This document shows positions 1 to 8,296 of a stretch of DNA of 64,000 bases, piece after piece. The notes under the pieces were generated by a model, which was not told the DNA's origin, did not search any database, and saw nothing but the letters and a program-made list of their open reading frames with translations. The number at the start of each line of letters is the position of its first letter. Within the stretch, counting starts at the first letter, position 1. The translations under genes were made by a program, and so were the position numbers. This stretch comes from Patescibacteria group bacterium (GTDB lineage: Bacteria; Patescibacteriota; Microgenomatia; UBA1400; PJMF01): positions 95,527-159,526 of the forward strand of contig JAHDXH010000001.1 in the NCBI GenBank assembly GCA_023382875.1, read 5' to 3'.

Positions 1-252
1 GAGTTACCTTTGTCACGTAGGCTCTTGAGTGTGGCAATAAGTTGGTCATTGTCTCTTTGGTGCAAACCGATGGTTGGCTCATCGAGAATGTATAAAACAC
101 CAGTTAAGCCAGTGCCGATTTGTGAGGCTAAGCGAATACGCTGGGCTTCACCACCGGCCAAAGTTCCCGCTTCACGGTCGAGACTTAAATAATTAAGACC
201 GACTGAATTCAAAAAGCTTAAACGCAAAACTATTTCTTTTAAAATACTTTCG
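1..252 (-). CDS. uvrA: UvrA, continuation after a frameshift; the C-terminal side runs off the window start
   Basis: The reverse-strand translation reads ...[83 protein letters not shown]. This is the UvrA ABC signature ([12 protein letters not shown]) followed by Walker B (LDEPT). Its frame is shifted by one base relative to ORF 253..1722. Confidence 0.75.
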
Positions 253-1722
253 CTAATAAACTCTTCTTTTTTTATTAAGTGTGCCGTTGTGTTTGAGATC
301 CGATAACCAAGCGGTAGCTTTATTGATCGGCAAAGTTGTAACATTGGCAATATTTTTGCCGCCTACCAACACGTTCAAAGCCTCTTCTTTCAATCTGGCA
401 CCACGACAAGTGGGACAGGTCTGCTTTTGCATGAAGTTGCCGATTTCTTTTCTGATGAAGTCGGAGTCAGTTTCCAAGTAGCGTCTTTCCAAATTAGCGA
501 TAAAGCCTTCAAATTTTTGGGTCCAAACTCTTTCGTTGCCAAAGCTGTCGACCTTTTCAATTTTATAAGCTTTGGTCGAACCATTGAGTAAAATATCTTG
601 AGTTTTTTCGTCAAACTCTTTCCAGGAAGTTTTTCTATAGTCATAGCCACGATCAGTCACTACTTCTCTGACTAAATCAGACCACCAAGTACCATTGGCT
701 AAAGCGCTCGCAAAAGGAATAATTGCACCTTCACTCAAAGTGAGCTCGCTGGCGATGATTTTATTTTGATCAATTTTAAGTTGAGAACCAATGCCGTTGC
801 AGGTTTCACAAGCACCTTGAGGTGAGTTGAAAGAAAACATGCGAGGCTCTAGCTCATTGAGGGAAATACCACAGTAACTGCAAGCTAATTTTTCACTAAA
901 TAACTTGTCGGAAAATTCTTTAGGGTTCTCTGGGAAAGTAAAACTAGAATCACTAATAAAACTTGCGATGACAAAGCCATCAGCCAATTTTAATGATTCT
1001 TCAATGGTTTGCGACAAGCGGCTCTTCAAAGTTTTAAGTTCAGTTTCATCACGAAGTTGTTTTTTGCTGACACTGAGACGATCGACAACCACACTAATGT
1101 CATGTTTGTTATTTTTGAGTAAATCAATTTCCAAGGGTAGATCGTAAACTTGACCATCAATTCTGACTCTGGAATAACCCTTTTTTTGGACACCAGCTAG
1201 CAAACCTTCAAACTCGCCTTTTCTATTTCTGACAATTGGACTAAGAATCATGACTCTGGTAATTTCACCATTAGCTCGAGCTTCGAGTTCATTGACAATT
1301 TGGCCAATGATTTGGTCAACACTTTGAGTAGAAACTTCGCGGCCACAATTTGGACAATGAGGATGACCAATTCGAGCAAAAAGTAATCTCAAGTAATCAT
1401 AGATTTCAGTGATAGTGCCAACAGTAGAGCGAGGATTGTTGGAGGTGGTTTTTTGATCGATAGAAATAGCTGGACTAAGGCCATCAATTTGATCAACGTC
1501 AGGTTTGGTCATCAAACCCAGAAACTGTCTAGCGTAACTAGATAGTGATTCGACGTAACGACGCTGACCCTCGGCATATAAAGTATCAAAGGCCAATGAA
1601 GATTTACCACTTCCAGAAAGACCTGTGAAAACTACGAGTTTATTTTTAGGAATTTCAAGATCGATATTTTTGAGGTTGTGTTCGCGGGCGCCCTTAATTG
1701 TAATCGTTGACTGAGTGCTCAT
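253..1722 (-). CDS. uvrA: Excinuclease ABC subunit A, N-terminal 489 aa, ending at a stop created by a frameshift
   Basis: Walker [10 protein letters not shown] and zinc-finger cysteines CPNCG...CETCNG are present, typical UvrA. The stop TAG lies immediately after a T7 run at 267-273 on the plus strand (A7 in the coding sense). Removing one base reads ...[19 protein letters not shown]... and continues in frame into feature 1..252. Confidence 0.85.
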   Translation of the reverse strand: MSTQSTITIKGAREHNLKNIDLEIPKNKLVVFTGLSGSGKSSLAFDTLYAEGQRRYVESLSSYARQFLGLMTKPDVDQIDGLSPAISIDQKTTSNNPRSTVGTITEIYDYLRLLFARIGHPHCPNCGREVSTQSVDQIIGQIVNELEARANGEITRVMILSPIVRNRKGEFEGLLAGVQKKGYSRVRIDGQVYDLPLEIDLLKNNKHDISVVVDRLSVSKKQLRDETELKTLKSRLSQTIEESLKLADGFVIASFISDSSFTFPENPKEFSDKLFSEKLACSYCGISLNELEPRMFSFNSPQGACETCNGIGSQLKIDQNKIIASELTLSEGAIIPFASALANGTWWSDLVREVVTDRGYDYRKTSWKEFDEKTQDILLNGSTKAYKIEKVDSFGNERVWTQKFEGFIANLERRYLETDSDFIRKEIGNFMQKQTCPTCRGARLKEEALNVLVGGKNIANVTTLPINKATAWLSDLKHNGTLNKKRRVY

Positions 1723-1756
1723 TTTTTCTTGATGTAAGCTTATTTAACGAAGGTTC

Positions 1757-1785
1757 ATTATAGCCTGCTTGACCAAATTTCTCAA
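1757..1785 (-). promoter_or_regulatory. Sigma70-like promoter for uvrA: -35 TTGAGA, 17-bp spacer, -10 TATAAT on the minus strand
   Basis: Minus-strand read: TTGAGAaatttggtcaagcaggcTATAAT, about 30 nt upstream of the uvrA ATG. It overlaps the palindrome CTTGA-N9-TCAAG at 1769-1787. Confidence 0.4.
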
Positions 1786-1802
1786 GCGTTGGATGTAGCT
1801 AT

Positions 1803-3911
1803 TTATTCACCTATTTCTCTAATACGATCTCTGATTAAAGCGGCCAATTCAAAGTCTAGATTAGTAGCAGCGATTCTCATTTCTTGACGAAGTTTTTTGA
1901 TGTGTTGTTTGAGATCGTATGGTGTTAGATCACTTGGGTCAACCTCAAGAATTTCTAGCTGAGGATTTGGGTTGGCTTTTGTGCCTTTTTTGTTTCCGTA
2001 TTTGCCTTTGCCAGTCTCATCTTCCTCGGTTTTTTCAATCATTCTTTCTCTGATTGGTTTGTTGATGGTGGTTGGAGTAATGTTGTGAGTTTGGTTGTGC
2101 TTGATTTGAGCTTCACGACGACGTTTGGTTTCGTCCATAGCTGCCTTCATGGAATCAGTAATGCGGTCCGCATATAAAATGACATGGCCTTCTGAGTGTC
2201 TAGCTGCTCTACCCATGGTTTGAATAAGGGAGGTGCGGGAACGCAAGAAACCTTCCTTATCGGCATCAAGGATGGCAACCAATGTGACTTCGGGCAGATC
2301 AAGACCTTCTCTGAGCAAGTTAATACCTACTAAAACATCGTATTCTCCCCTTCTTAAGTCGGCCAAAATGTCTGATCTTTCTAAGGTCTCAATGTCTGAG
2401 TGAAGATAGGCAACTTTTGGTAAGAATGAGTTGAAGTTTGGTCCTTTGAGATGTGGAACTAATTTGGCAATTTTATCTGGATCATTAAGATAATCTGTCA
2501 AAGCCTCTGACATTTTTTTAGTCAAAGTGGTCACCAAGACTCTTTGGCCGAGTTTTTTTCTGTCGATAATTTCTACAATCAGATTTTCTACTTGGTTAGC
2601 GGTAGGTCTAATCTCCACCTCAGGATCAAGTAAACCTGTAGGTCTAATCAATTGTTCAACCACACCACCCTCACTCATCGAGATTTCCCACTCATTTGGT
2701 GTAGCAGAGACATGGATGAATTGTTTATTTAATTTCAAAAACTCATCAAATTTAAGGGGACGGTTATCGAGGGCACTGGGCAATCTAAAGCCGTAATCGA
2801 TCAGTGTCTGTTTTCTTGATTGGTCGCCGTTATACATGCCTCGAACTTGAGGGACACTGATATGGCTTTCATCAACGATAGTCAAAAAATCTTTGCCAAA
2901 AAGTCTAGAGTTTTCATTGAAGTAATCGATAAGAGTATATGGTGGATCACCTGGCTCTCGGCCGTCAAAGTAACGGGTGTAGTTTTCGATACCATTAGTA
3001 AAGCCAAACTCTTTAATCATCTCCAAATCGTAATTCACTTTTTGTTTCAAGCGGTATGCTTCGATGGATTTTCCTTGCGCTTCTAGCTCTGCCAGTCTCT
3101 TTTCAAGATCAAATCTAATATTATCAATAGCATTAATTTTGGTTTGTGGGTTAACCATGAAGTGCTTAGCCGGAAAAATCATGGTCTTATATGGTGAAAA
3201 CTTCTTTTCTTCTGGCAAAATGCTACCACTAACTGGATCAATCCAGTTGATTTTAGTGACTCTATCTTCCAGTGTATCGATAGCTAAGGCTTTGTCTTCA
3301 TAAGCTGGCCAAACTTGAATGATGTCACCTCTGAGTCTGTAGGTACCACGACGCAAATCATTGTCACTGCGATCATATTGGAGATTGGTAAGTTGAGATA
3401 AAAGACTCGAGCGAGCAATCAGCTCCCCTTCCATGACTTCCAAAGTATAGTTGCCGTATTCGGCTGGTGAACCAAGGTTATATATACAAGAAACTGAAGC
3501 AATAATAATGACGTCGTTGCGAGTCAAAAGATTGGTAGTGGCCGCCAAGCGCAGTTTGTCGATTTCATCATTGATTGTGGCTTCTTTTTCAATATAGGTA
3601 TCTGTGCTAACGATATATGCTTCTGGTTGATAATAATCGTAATAAGAAACAAAATAATTGACGGCATTTTCTGGGAAAAATTCTTTAAACTCCTGATAGA
3701 GTTGAGCAGCTAAAGTTTTGTTATGAGCAATAATGAGAGTTGGTTTTTGGGTTTTGGCGATAATATTGGCCATGGTGAAGGTTTTACCAGAGCCAGTAAC
3801 ACCTAGGAGTACCTGGTGTTCTTTGTGATTATTTACCCCTTCGACTAATTGAGAAATCGCTTGAGGTTGGTCGCCAGTTGGTTGAAATTTTGAATGAAGC
3901 TTGAATTCCAT
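1803..3911 (-). CDS. uvrB: Excinuclease ABC subunit B
   Basis: Motifs GVTGSGKT and VSYYDYYQPEAY (helicase motifs and beta-hairpin region) are present. The C-terminal UvrB/UvrC interaction motif reads DFELAALIRDRIREI. Length is 702 aa. Confidence 0.95.
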   Translation of the reverse strand: MEFKLHSKFQPTGDQPQAISQLVEGVNNHKEHQVLLGVTGSGKTFTMANIIAKTQKPTLIIAHNKTLAAQLYQEFKEFFPENAVNYFVSYYDYYQPEAYIVSTDTYIEKEATINDEIDKLRLAATTNLLTRNDVIIIASVSCIYNLGSPAEYGNYTLEVMEGELIARSSLLSQLTNLQYDRSDNDLRRGTYRLRGDIIQVWPAYEDKALAIDTLEDRVTKINWIDPVSGSILPEEKKFSPYKTMIFPAKHFMVNPQTKINAIDNIRFDLEKRLAELEAQGKSIEAYRLKQKVNYDLEMIKEFGFTNGIENYTRYFDGREPGDPPYTLIDYFNENSRLFGKDFLTIVDESHISVPQVRGMYNGDQSRKQTLIDYGFRLPSALDNRPLKFDEFLKLNKQFIHVSATPNEWEISMSEGGVVEQLIRPTGLLDPEVEIRPTANQVENLIVEIIDRKKLGQRVLVTTLTKKMSEALTDYLNDPDKIAKLVPHLKGPNFNSFLPKVAYLHSDIETLERSDILADLRRGEYDVLVGINLLREGLDLPEVTLVAILDADKEGFLRSRTSLIQTMGRAARHSEGHVILYADRITDSMKAAMDETKRRREAQIKHNQTHNITPTTINKPIRERMIEKTEEDETGKGKYGNKKGTKANPNPQLEILEVDPSDLTPYDLKQHIKKLRQEMRIAATNLDFELAALIRDRIREIGE

Positions 3912-3982
3912 GTTCTCCTATTTTACCAGCTCTTTTAAGGTAGGCGCTTAGTTATTTGGTTTTATCTGTATAAAATGGAAAA

Positions 3983-4012
3983 CCGCCATTGGTTGTGGCC
4001 AACGGCGGTTTT
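3983..4012. terminator. Bidirectional hairpin, ccgccattgg/ccaacggcgg, flanked by A4 and T4
   Basis: A 10-bp inverted repeat with one mismatch and a 6-nt loop lies between the small GC-rich ORF and the uvrB start. Confidence 0.35.
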
Positions 4013-4088
4013 GTGTAAGAGGACTAAGGGGCGTCCTCGAAAGAAAGTTTAGCGCCTTTTAACGCAAGGCGTGCGAGGTTCGGTCTGG

Positions 4089-4220
4089 CTAGATGACCAC
4101 TTTCCAGTAGCTGCCAGTCCATTCCCAGACGTGATTTCCATGCTGAATCTTTTGACCTTTGTACTTACCCACACACTGCGGGCAGTCGTCATCGGTTGCT
4201 TGCTGCATGTACGTCTTCAT
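4089..4220 (-). CDS. Small 43-aa ORF with a CxxC motif in a locally GC-rich patch; coding status uncertain
   Basis: The protein is MKTYMQQATDDDCPQCVGKYKGQKIQHGNHVWEWTGSYWKVVI. AAGGA lies 10 nt upstream of the ATG. GC is about 55% against about 38% for the flanks. It is below the ORF-track length cutoff. Confidence 0.3.
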   Translation of the reverse strand: MKTYMQQATDDDCPQCVGKYKGQKIQHGNHVWEWTGSYWKVVI

Positions 4221-4370
4221 CTTTACTTCGTCCTTTAACTAAACAGTCGTCAATAATCTAGTCTTTATGACTAGAACGTTATTATACAACACAAATCAAG
4301 TAGTGTCAAGTATTATAGGCCTCTTCTTTAAATAAAGCAGATTTAAGCAAAATTAAGTTACAATAAAGCT

Positions 4371-4928
4371 ATGATTTCAGTTTCAACCAAAAAAGGCGAT
4401 GCTGGCCAATCATCGGTCATTGGCTCCAAATTAATTTCCAAAGATAGTTTAATCTTTGAAGTTTTGGGCGATGTTGATGAGTTAAATTCTTGGTTGGGCG
4501 TGGTTGTGGCTGGTTTGAAACACAAAACTACTAAGCCTCATCTCCACCTCATCGATCATTTGCTCGAGGTTCAGGAAAAGCTATTTACTTTAAGTGCTGA
4601 GATTGCTGGTTCTAACAAAGTGAAGCTAACAAGTTCTGATTTGAAAAAAATTGAGAGCCGAGCTGACAAAATTCAAAAAAGCTTATCAAAAAATTGGCAC
4701 ACTAAATTTATTTATCCCGGCGGTTCTAATTTGGCTGCATGGACGGATGTGGCCAGAGCAGTCTGTAGGCGCTGTGAAAGAAGGATAGTGGCTTTTAGCA
4801 AGACCACTACCCTTTCCCCCTTGGTGTTTCAATACGTGAATCGTTTATCTGATTATCTTTACTTGATTAGATGCCAGTTAAATGATCTCGACGATATTAA
4901 AGAAACAAAATTTAACGACGTTTCCTGA
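4371..4928 (+). CDS. ATP:cob(I)alamin adenosyltransferase, PduO type (MMAB family)
   Basis: The N-terminus TKKGDAGQSS...GDVDELNSWLG matches the PduO-type ATR signature (TKxGDxGxT ... DELNS). Confidence 0.75.
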   Translation: MISVSTKKGDAGQSSVIGSKLISKDSLIFEVLGDVDELNSWLGVVVAGLKHKTTKPHLHLIDHLLEVQEKLFTLSAEIAGSNKVKLTSSDLKKIESRADKIQKSLSKNWHTKFIYPGGSNLAAWTDVARAVCRRCERRIVAFSKTTTLSPLVFQYVNRLSDYLYLIRCQLNDLDDIKETKFNDVS

Positions 4929-4936
4929 GTAGTAAG

Positions 4937-5557
4937 TTAGTACTGGAAGCGACGAATTAGACCAACGCATCTGCCTTGAATACGAACATTAGTAGCAAAG
5001 ATTGGACTCATGGTGGAGTTGGCTGGTTCTAATCTAATTCTAGTTAATTCTTTGTAATAGCGTTTCAAAGTGGCTAAGCCATTATCGAGCAAAGCTACCA
5101 CAATATCACCGTTGTTAACTTCTTGTGTTTCCTCAATGACCACATAATCGCCATCATCAATGTGATCTTCAATCATAGACAGACCTTTGACTTGCAAAAC
5201 ATATGAGCGTTTTTTGCCAGAAATCATTTCTGGAGAAACCTTGAAGGAAGCATTTTGGTCTGGATGTGGTTCGATTGGACGACCCGCAGCAATATAGCCT
5301 AAGAAAGGTAGGTCAACGCTGTCGGTCATGCGTAAAAAAGTTCTATCAATTAATTCAATGCCGCGCACTGCGCCATCATGTTTTTTGATAATTTTTTTAC
5401 GTTGCAAAGCTTGCAAGTGTTCATGAACGGTGGCTAAGGAAGAAACACCCAAGCTTTCGGCAATTTCCTTTAAAGTTGGTGAATAGCCATTTTTTTGCAC
5501 ATATTGCGCAATGAAGTCGACAATTTGACGTTGACGTTTGTAGAGGGTGATTGGCAT
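4937..5557 (-). CDS. lexA: LexA repressor (S24 peptidase)
   Basis: An N-terminal winged HTH is present (SPTLKEIAESLGVSS). The C-terminal S24 domain has Ser in VKGLSMI and Lys in VALLDNGLATLKRY. The gene sits next to uvrAB. Confidence 0.9.
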   Translation of the reverse strand: MPITLYKRQRQIVDFIAQYVQKNGYSPTLKEIAESLGVSSLATVHEHLQALQRKKIIKKHDGAVRGIELIDRTFLRMTDSVDLPFLGYIAAGRPIEPHPDQNASFKVSPEMISGKKRSYVLQVKGLSMIEDHIDDGDYVVIEETQEVNNGDIVVALLDNGLATLKRYYKELTRIRLEPANSTMSPIFATNVRIQGRCVGLIRRFQY

Positions 5558-5706
5558 GAGCTTCCTTTCTTTGGTTTATATTTGGCGTAACTAACCCGTA
5601 CTTGGACTAGAATAGCCGAATCTTAACCAAACTGACAATCTGATCTTTATTAATCTATAAATATCAAACTAGATCAATTCCGAAGAAAGTCCAAACCACC
5701 CGAAAA

Positions 5707-6360
5707 TTACTCAGCTTTTTTGGCTTTTTCTCGCTTGCTTTTGATGAATTCAAAGATCATTGGCAAGACAGAAATACCGATGATGCCGAACACCACGAAG
5801 GTAAAGTTATGTTGAACAGCGGGAATGTTGCCAAAGAAATAGCCGGCCAGAGTAAAGGCAGTTACCCAGATGACGCCACCAATGATGTTGTATAAAACGA
5901 AAGTGTCATAGTGCATCTTGCCTACACCAGCCACAAATGGAGCGAATGTTCTCACAATTGGGACGAAGCGGGCCAAAATAATAGTTTTACCACCATGCTT
6001 TTTGTAAAACTCTTGAGTTTTATCGATATGTTCTTGATTAATAAACTTAATTTTTTTACTGTCGACAATTTTTTGGCCAAAAACATTGCCGATCCAGTAG
6101 TTGACCGAGTCACCTAGGATGGCCGCAGCATAAAGAAGAATCAAAACTCCAGTCAAATGAATTGAGCCTAAGGCGCTCAAGGCACCGATGGCAAAGAGCA
6201 ATGAATCGCCTGGTAAAAACGGTGTAACCACAAAGCCAGTTTCAGCAAAAATGATCATGAATAAAATGAAATAAGTCAAAGAGCCATAGGCTTGAATAAT
6301 CTCATTGAGGTGAGTGTCGATGTGTAAAATGAAGTCAACGATAAAAGCTAAGATTTGCAT
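5707..6360 (-). CDS. DedA family membrane protein
   Basis: The DedA signature GFVVTPFLPGDSLLFAIGAL is present and the protein has multiple TM segments. Confidence 0.85.
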   Translation of the reverse strand: MQILAFIVDFILHIDTHLNEIIQAYGSLTYFILFMIIFAETGFVVTPFLPGDSLLFAIGALSALGSIHLTGVLILLYAAAILGDSVNYWIGNVFGQKIVDSKKIKFINQEHIDKTQEFYKKHGGKTIILARFVPIVRTFAPFVAGVGKMHYDTFVLYNIIGGVIWVTAFTLAGYFFGNIPAVQHNFTFVVFGIIGISVLPMIFEFIKSKREKAKKAE

Positions 6361-6379
6361 AATCTTGAATACTAATAAT

Positions 6380-8296
6380 TTATACTAGGGCTCTACCTGT
6401 CATTGTATCAGGCTTAGGAATACCCATCACCTTTAACATTGTTGGGGCGACATCAGCTAAGATGCCAGTGGGTAACATGGCGCTTTGACCCATGAATTGT
6501 TTGCCAATAATCATCAATGGAACTGGATAAATAGAGTGCTCAGTGTCGACTTCACCTGTCTCGTTATTGATCAACTCTTCTGCATTGCCGTGGTCGGCAG
6601 TAATGAAAGCGACGCCGCCATGGTTAACAATAGTTTTAACCAAATCACCCACCACTTCATCAACGACTTCACAGGCTTTGATAGTGGCTTCGAGATTGCC
6701 AGTGTGGCCGACCATATCACCATTACAAATGTTAGTAATAATGACATCGCAGAGGTCGCCCTCAACTCTTTTTTTGATCTCAGCGACAATTTCTCTGGCC
6801 GACATTTCTGGCACTTCGTCGTAGGATTTCGCCCCTTTAGATGGAATGATGACTCTTTCCTCTCCTGGGTAAATATCGTTGACTTGGCCATTCATATAAT
6901 AAGAAACAAATCTTTCCTTTTCTGTCTCGGTAGCTCTAAGTTGGCGCAAGCCATGTTGAGCAAAGACCATGCCTAGGGGCATTTTGACGAATTGAGGTGG
7001 GAAAGCAATATCAACAGGCAAGCCATCTTCATATCTGGTCATGGTGACAAAATAGAGATTTTTCAGAATTCTTTGTCGGGTGAAAGTTTGAACTTGAGGT
7101 GTTTCTTCTTGAATGTTAGTTTTTTTATATTTTTCTTGATATGGGTCAAAGGCTTCGCCAGAAAAACCTTGCTCGAAGTCTGGCTGAACAAAGGCACGAG
7201 TCAGCTCACGAGGTCGGTCAATACGATAGTTAAAGAAGATGACTGCGTCATTATCATTAATAATTCGAGCTTGACCGTTTTCTTCGCAAAAAACCATTGG
7301 CTCGATAAATTCATCAGTGACATTTTTACTATACTGATCTTGCATTGCTGCAGCCGGATCAATGTTGCAGGCACCAACGCCTTGAGTAAGGGCGTTGTAG
7401 GCTTTTTCAATTCTGTCCCAGCGTTTGTCTCTGTCCATGGCATAAAAACGACCCATTAGCGATGCAATTTTTCCTACACCCAATTTGTGAGTAAGGTTAA
7501 TGATTTGCTGAACGTAATTAATGCCAGAAGTTGGAGGTGAGTCTCTACCATCGGTAAAGCCGTGAATAAAAACCTTGGTTATTCCTTGTTTTTTGCATAA
7601 ATTGAGTAAAGCATACAGATGTTCAATATTGGAGTGAACACCACCAGCACCGATTAAACCCATTAGATGAAGCGAAGAGTTGTGCTGACGAACATGATTG
7701 AAAGCACTAATGAATGCAGGCATCGAGTCAAAGCTGCCATCGGCAATAGACATGTTAATTCTTGGTAAATCTTGGTAAACAATGTTGCCAGCGCCAATGT
7801 TAAGGTGACCTGTCTCTGTATTGCCATCTTCTCCGTGTGGCAATCCAACAGCCTCGCCACTGGCTGCTAGTTGAGTATGGGGAAAAGTTAACCAGTATTT
7901 ATCAAGATTTGGTGTGTTTGCTCTGGCAATAGCATTGCCAGCATTATTTGGTCCAATCCCCCAGCCATCGAGAACAATGAGGGCAACTGGCTTTGGTCCA
8001 TTGTAATCTTGCTGAGGATGAGTGCCATCAAAGTCTTTTCTGGTAACTATTGGTTCAAGGTTATGCTTTGGAGCGTCAGTGATGGCTTGATTATCTGTAG
8101 TAGTTTGGTTAACGGGGTTTTGCTCAGTAGGATTTTGTTCAGTAACTGTGGTTGGCGCGACAGGCGCTGTTGCTGGCGTTGCCGCTGGCACGGGCGCAGA
8201 TGTTGGAGCTACGTTGGTTGCATTATTGCCCAAATTTGGAAGCGAGATATGGGGCTCTTCTTTTTGAACGTTGTTCGGTTGGTTTGGAGTTGTCAT
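6380..8296 (-). CDS. gpmI: 2,3-bisphosphoglycerate-independent phosphoglycerate mutase with an N-terminal low-complexity extension of about 110 aa
   Basis: iPGM motifs LIVLDGWG and GHLNIGAGNIVYQDL are present. The ATG overlaps the enolase stop (ATGA). The N-terminal extension is Pro/Thr/Ala/Gln-rich and contains a TEQNPTEQNP repeat. Confidence 0.9.
   Translation of the reverse strand: MTTPNQPNNVQKEEPHISLPNLGNNATNVAPTSAPVPAATPATAPVAPTTVTEQNPTEQNPVNQTTTDNQAITDAPKHNLEPIVTRKDFDGTHPQQDYNGPKPVALIVLDGWGIGPNNAGNAIARANTPNLDKYWLTFPHTQLAASGEAVGLPHGEDGNTETGHLNIGAGNIVYQDLPRINMSIADGSFDSMPAFISAFNHVRQHNSSLHLMGLIGAGGVHSNIEHLYALLNLCKKQGITKVFIHGFTDGRDSPPTSGINYVQQIINLTHKLGVGKIASLMGRFYAMDRDKRWDRIEKAYNALTQGVGACNIDPAAAMQDQYSKNVTDEFIEPMVFCEENGQARIINDNDAVIFFNYRIDRPRELTRAFVQPDFEQGFSGEAFDPYQEKYKKTNIQEETPQVQTFTRQRILKNLYFVTMTRYEDGLPVDIAFPPQFVKMPLGMVFAQHGLRQLRATETEKERFVSYYMNGQVNDIYPGEERVIIPSKGAKSYDEVPEMSAREIVAEIKKRVEGDLCDVIITNICNGDMVGHTGNLEATIKACEVVDEVVGDLVKTIVNHGGVAFITADHGNAEELINNETGEVDTEHSIYPVPLMIIGKQFMGQSAMLPTGILADVAPTMLKVMGIPKPDTMTGRALV

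Noticed and set aside
10-192. A 60-aa plus-strand ORF at the window start
   Set aside because: It lies opposite the conserved UvrA ABC-signature coding sequence on the minus strand and is a shadow ORF.
281-1147. Small plus- and minus-strand ORFs inside uvrA (281..481, 390..650, 905..1147)
   Set aside because: They are fully embedded in and antisense to, or out of frame with, a strongly conserved gene. They show no RBS or independent signals.
2527-3303. Three plus-strand ORFs inside uvrB
   Set aside because: They are shadow ORFs opposite a conserved helicase-fold gene.
4230-4370. Possible cobalamin riboswitch upstream of the PduO-type adenosyltransferase
   Set aside because: The region is AT-rich. 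It has no B12-box (GCCACTG-like) or characteristic conserved stems and is too short.
6485-7860. Multiple small ORFs on both strands within gpmI
   Set aside because: They overlap the iPGM catalytic core. They are low-complexity, Ser/Thr-rich frames typical of noncoding translation.
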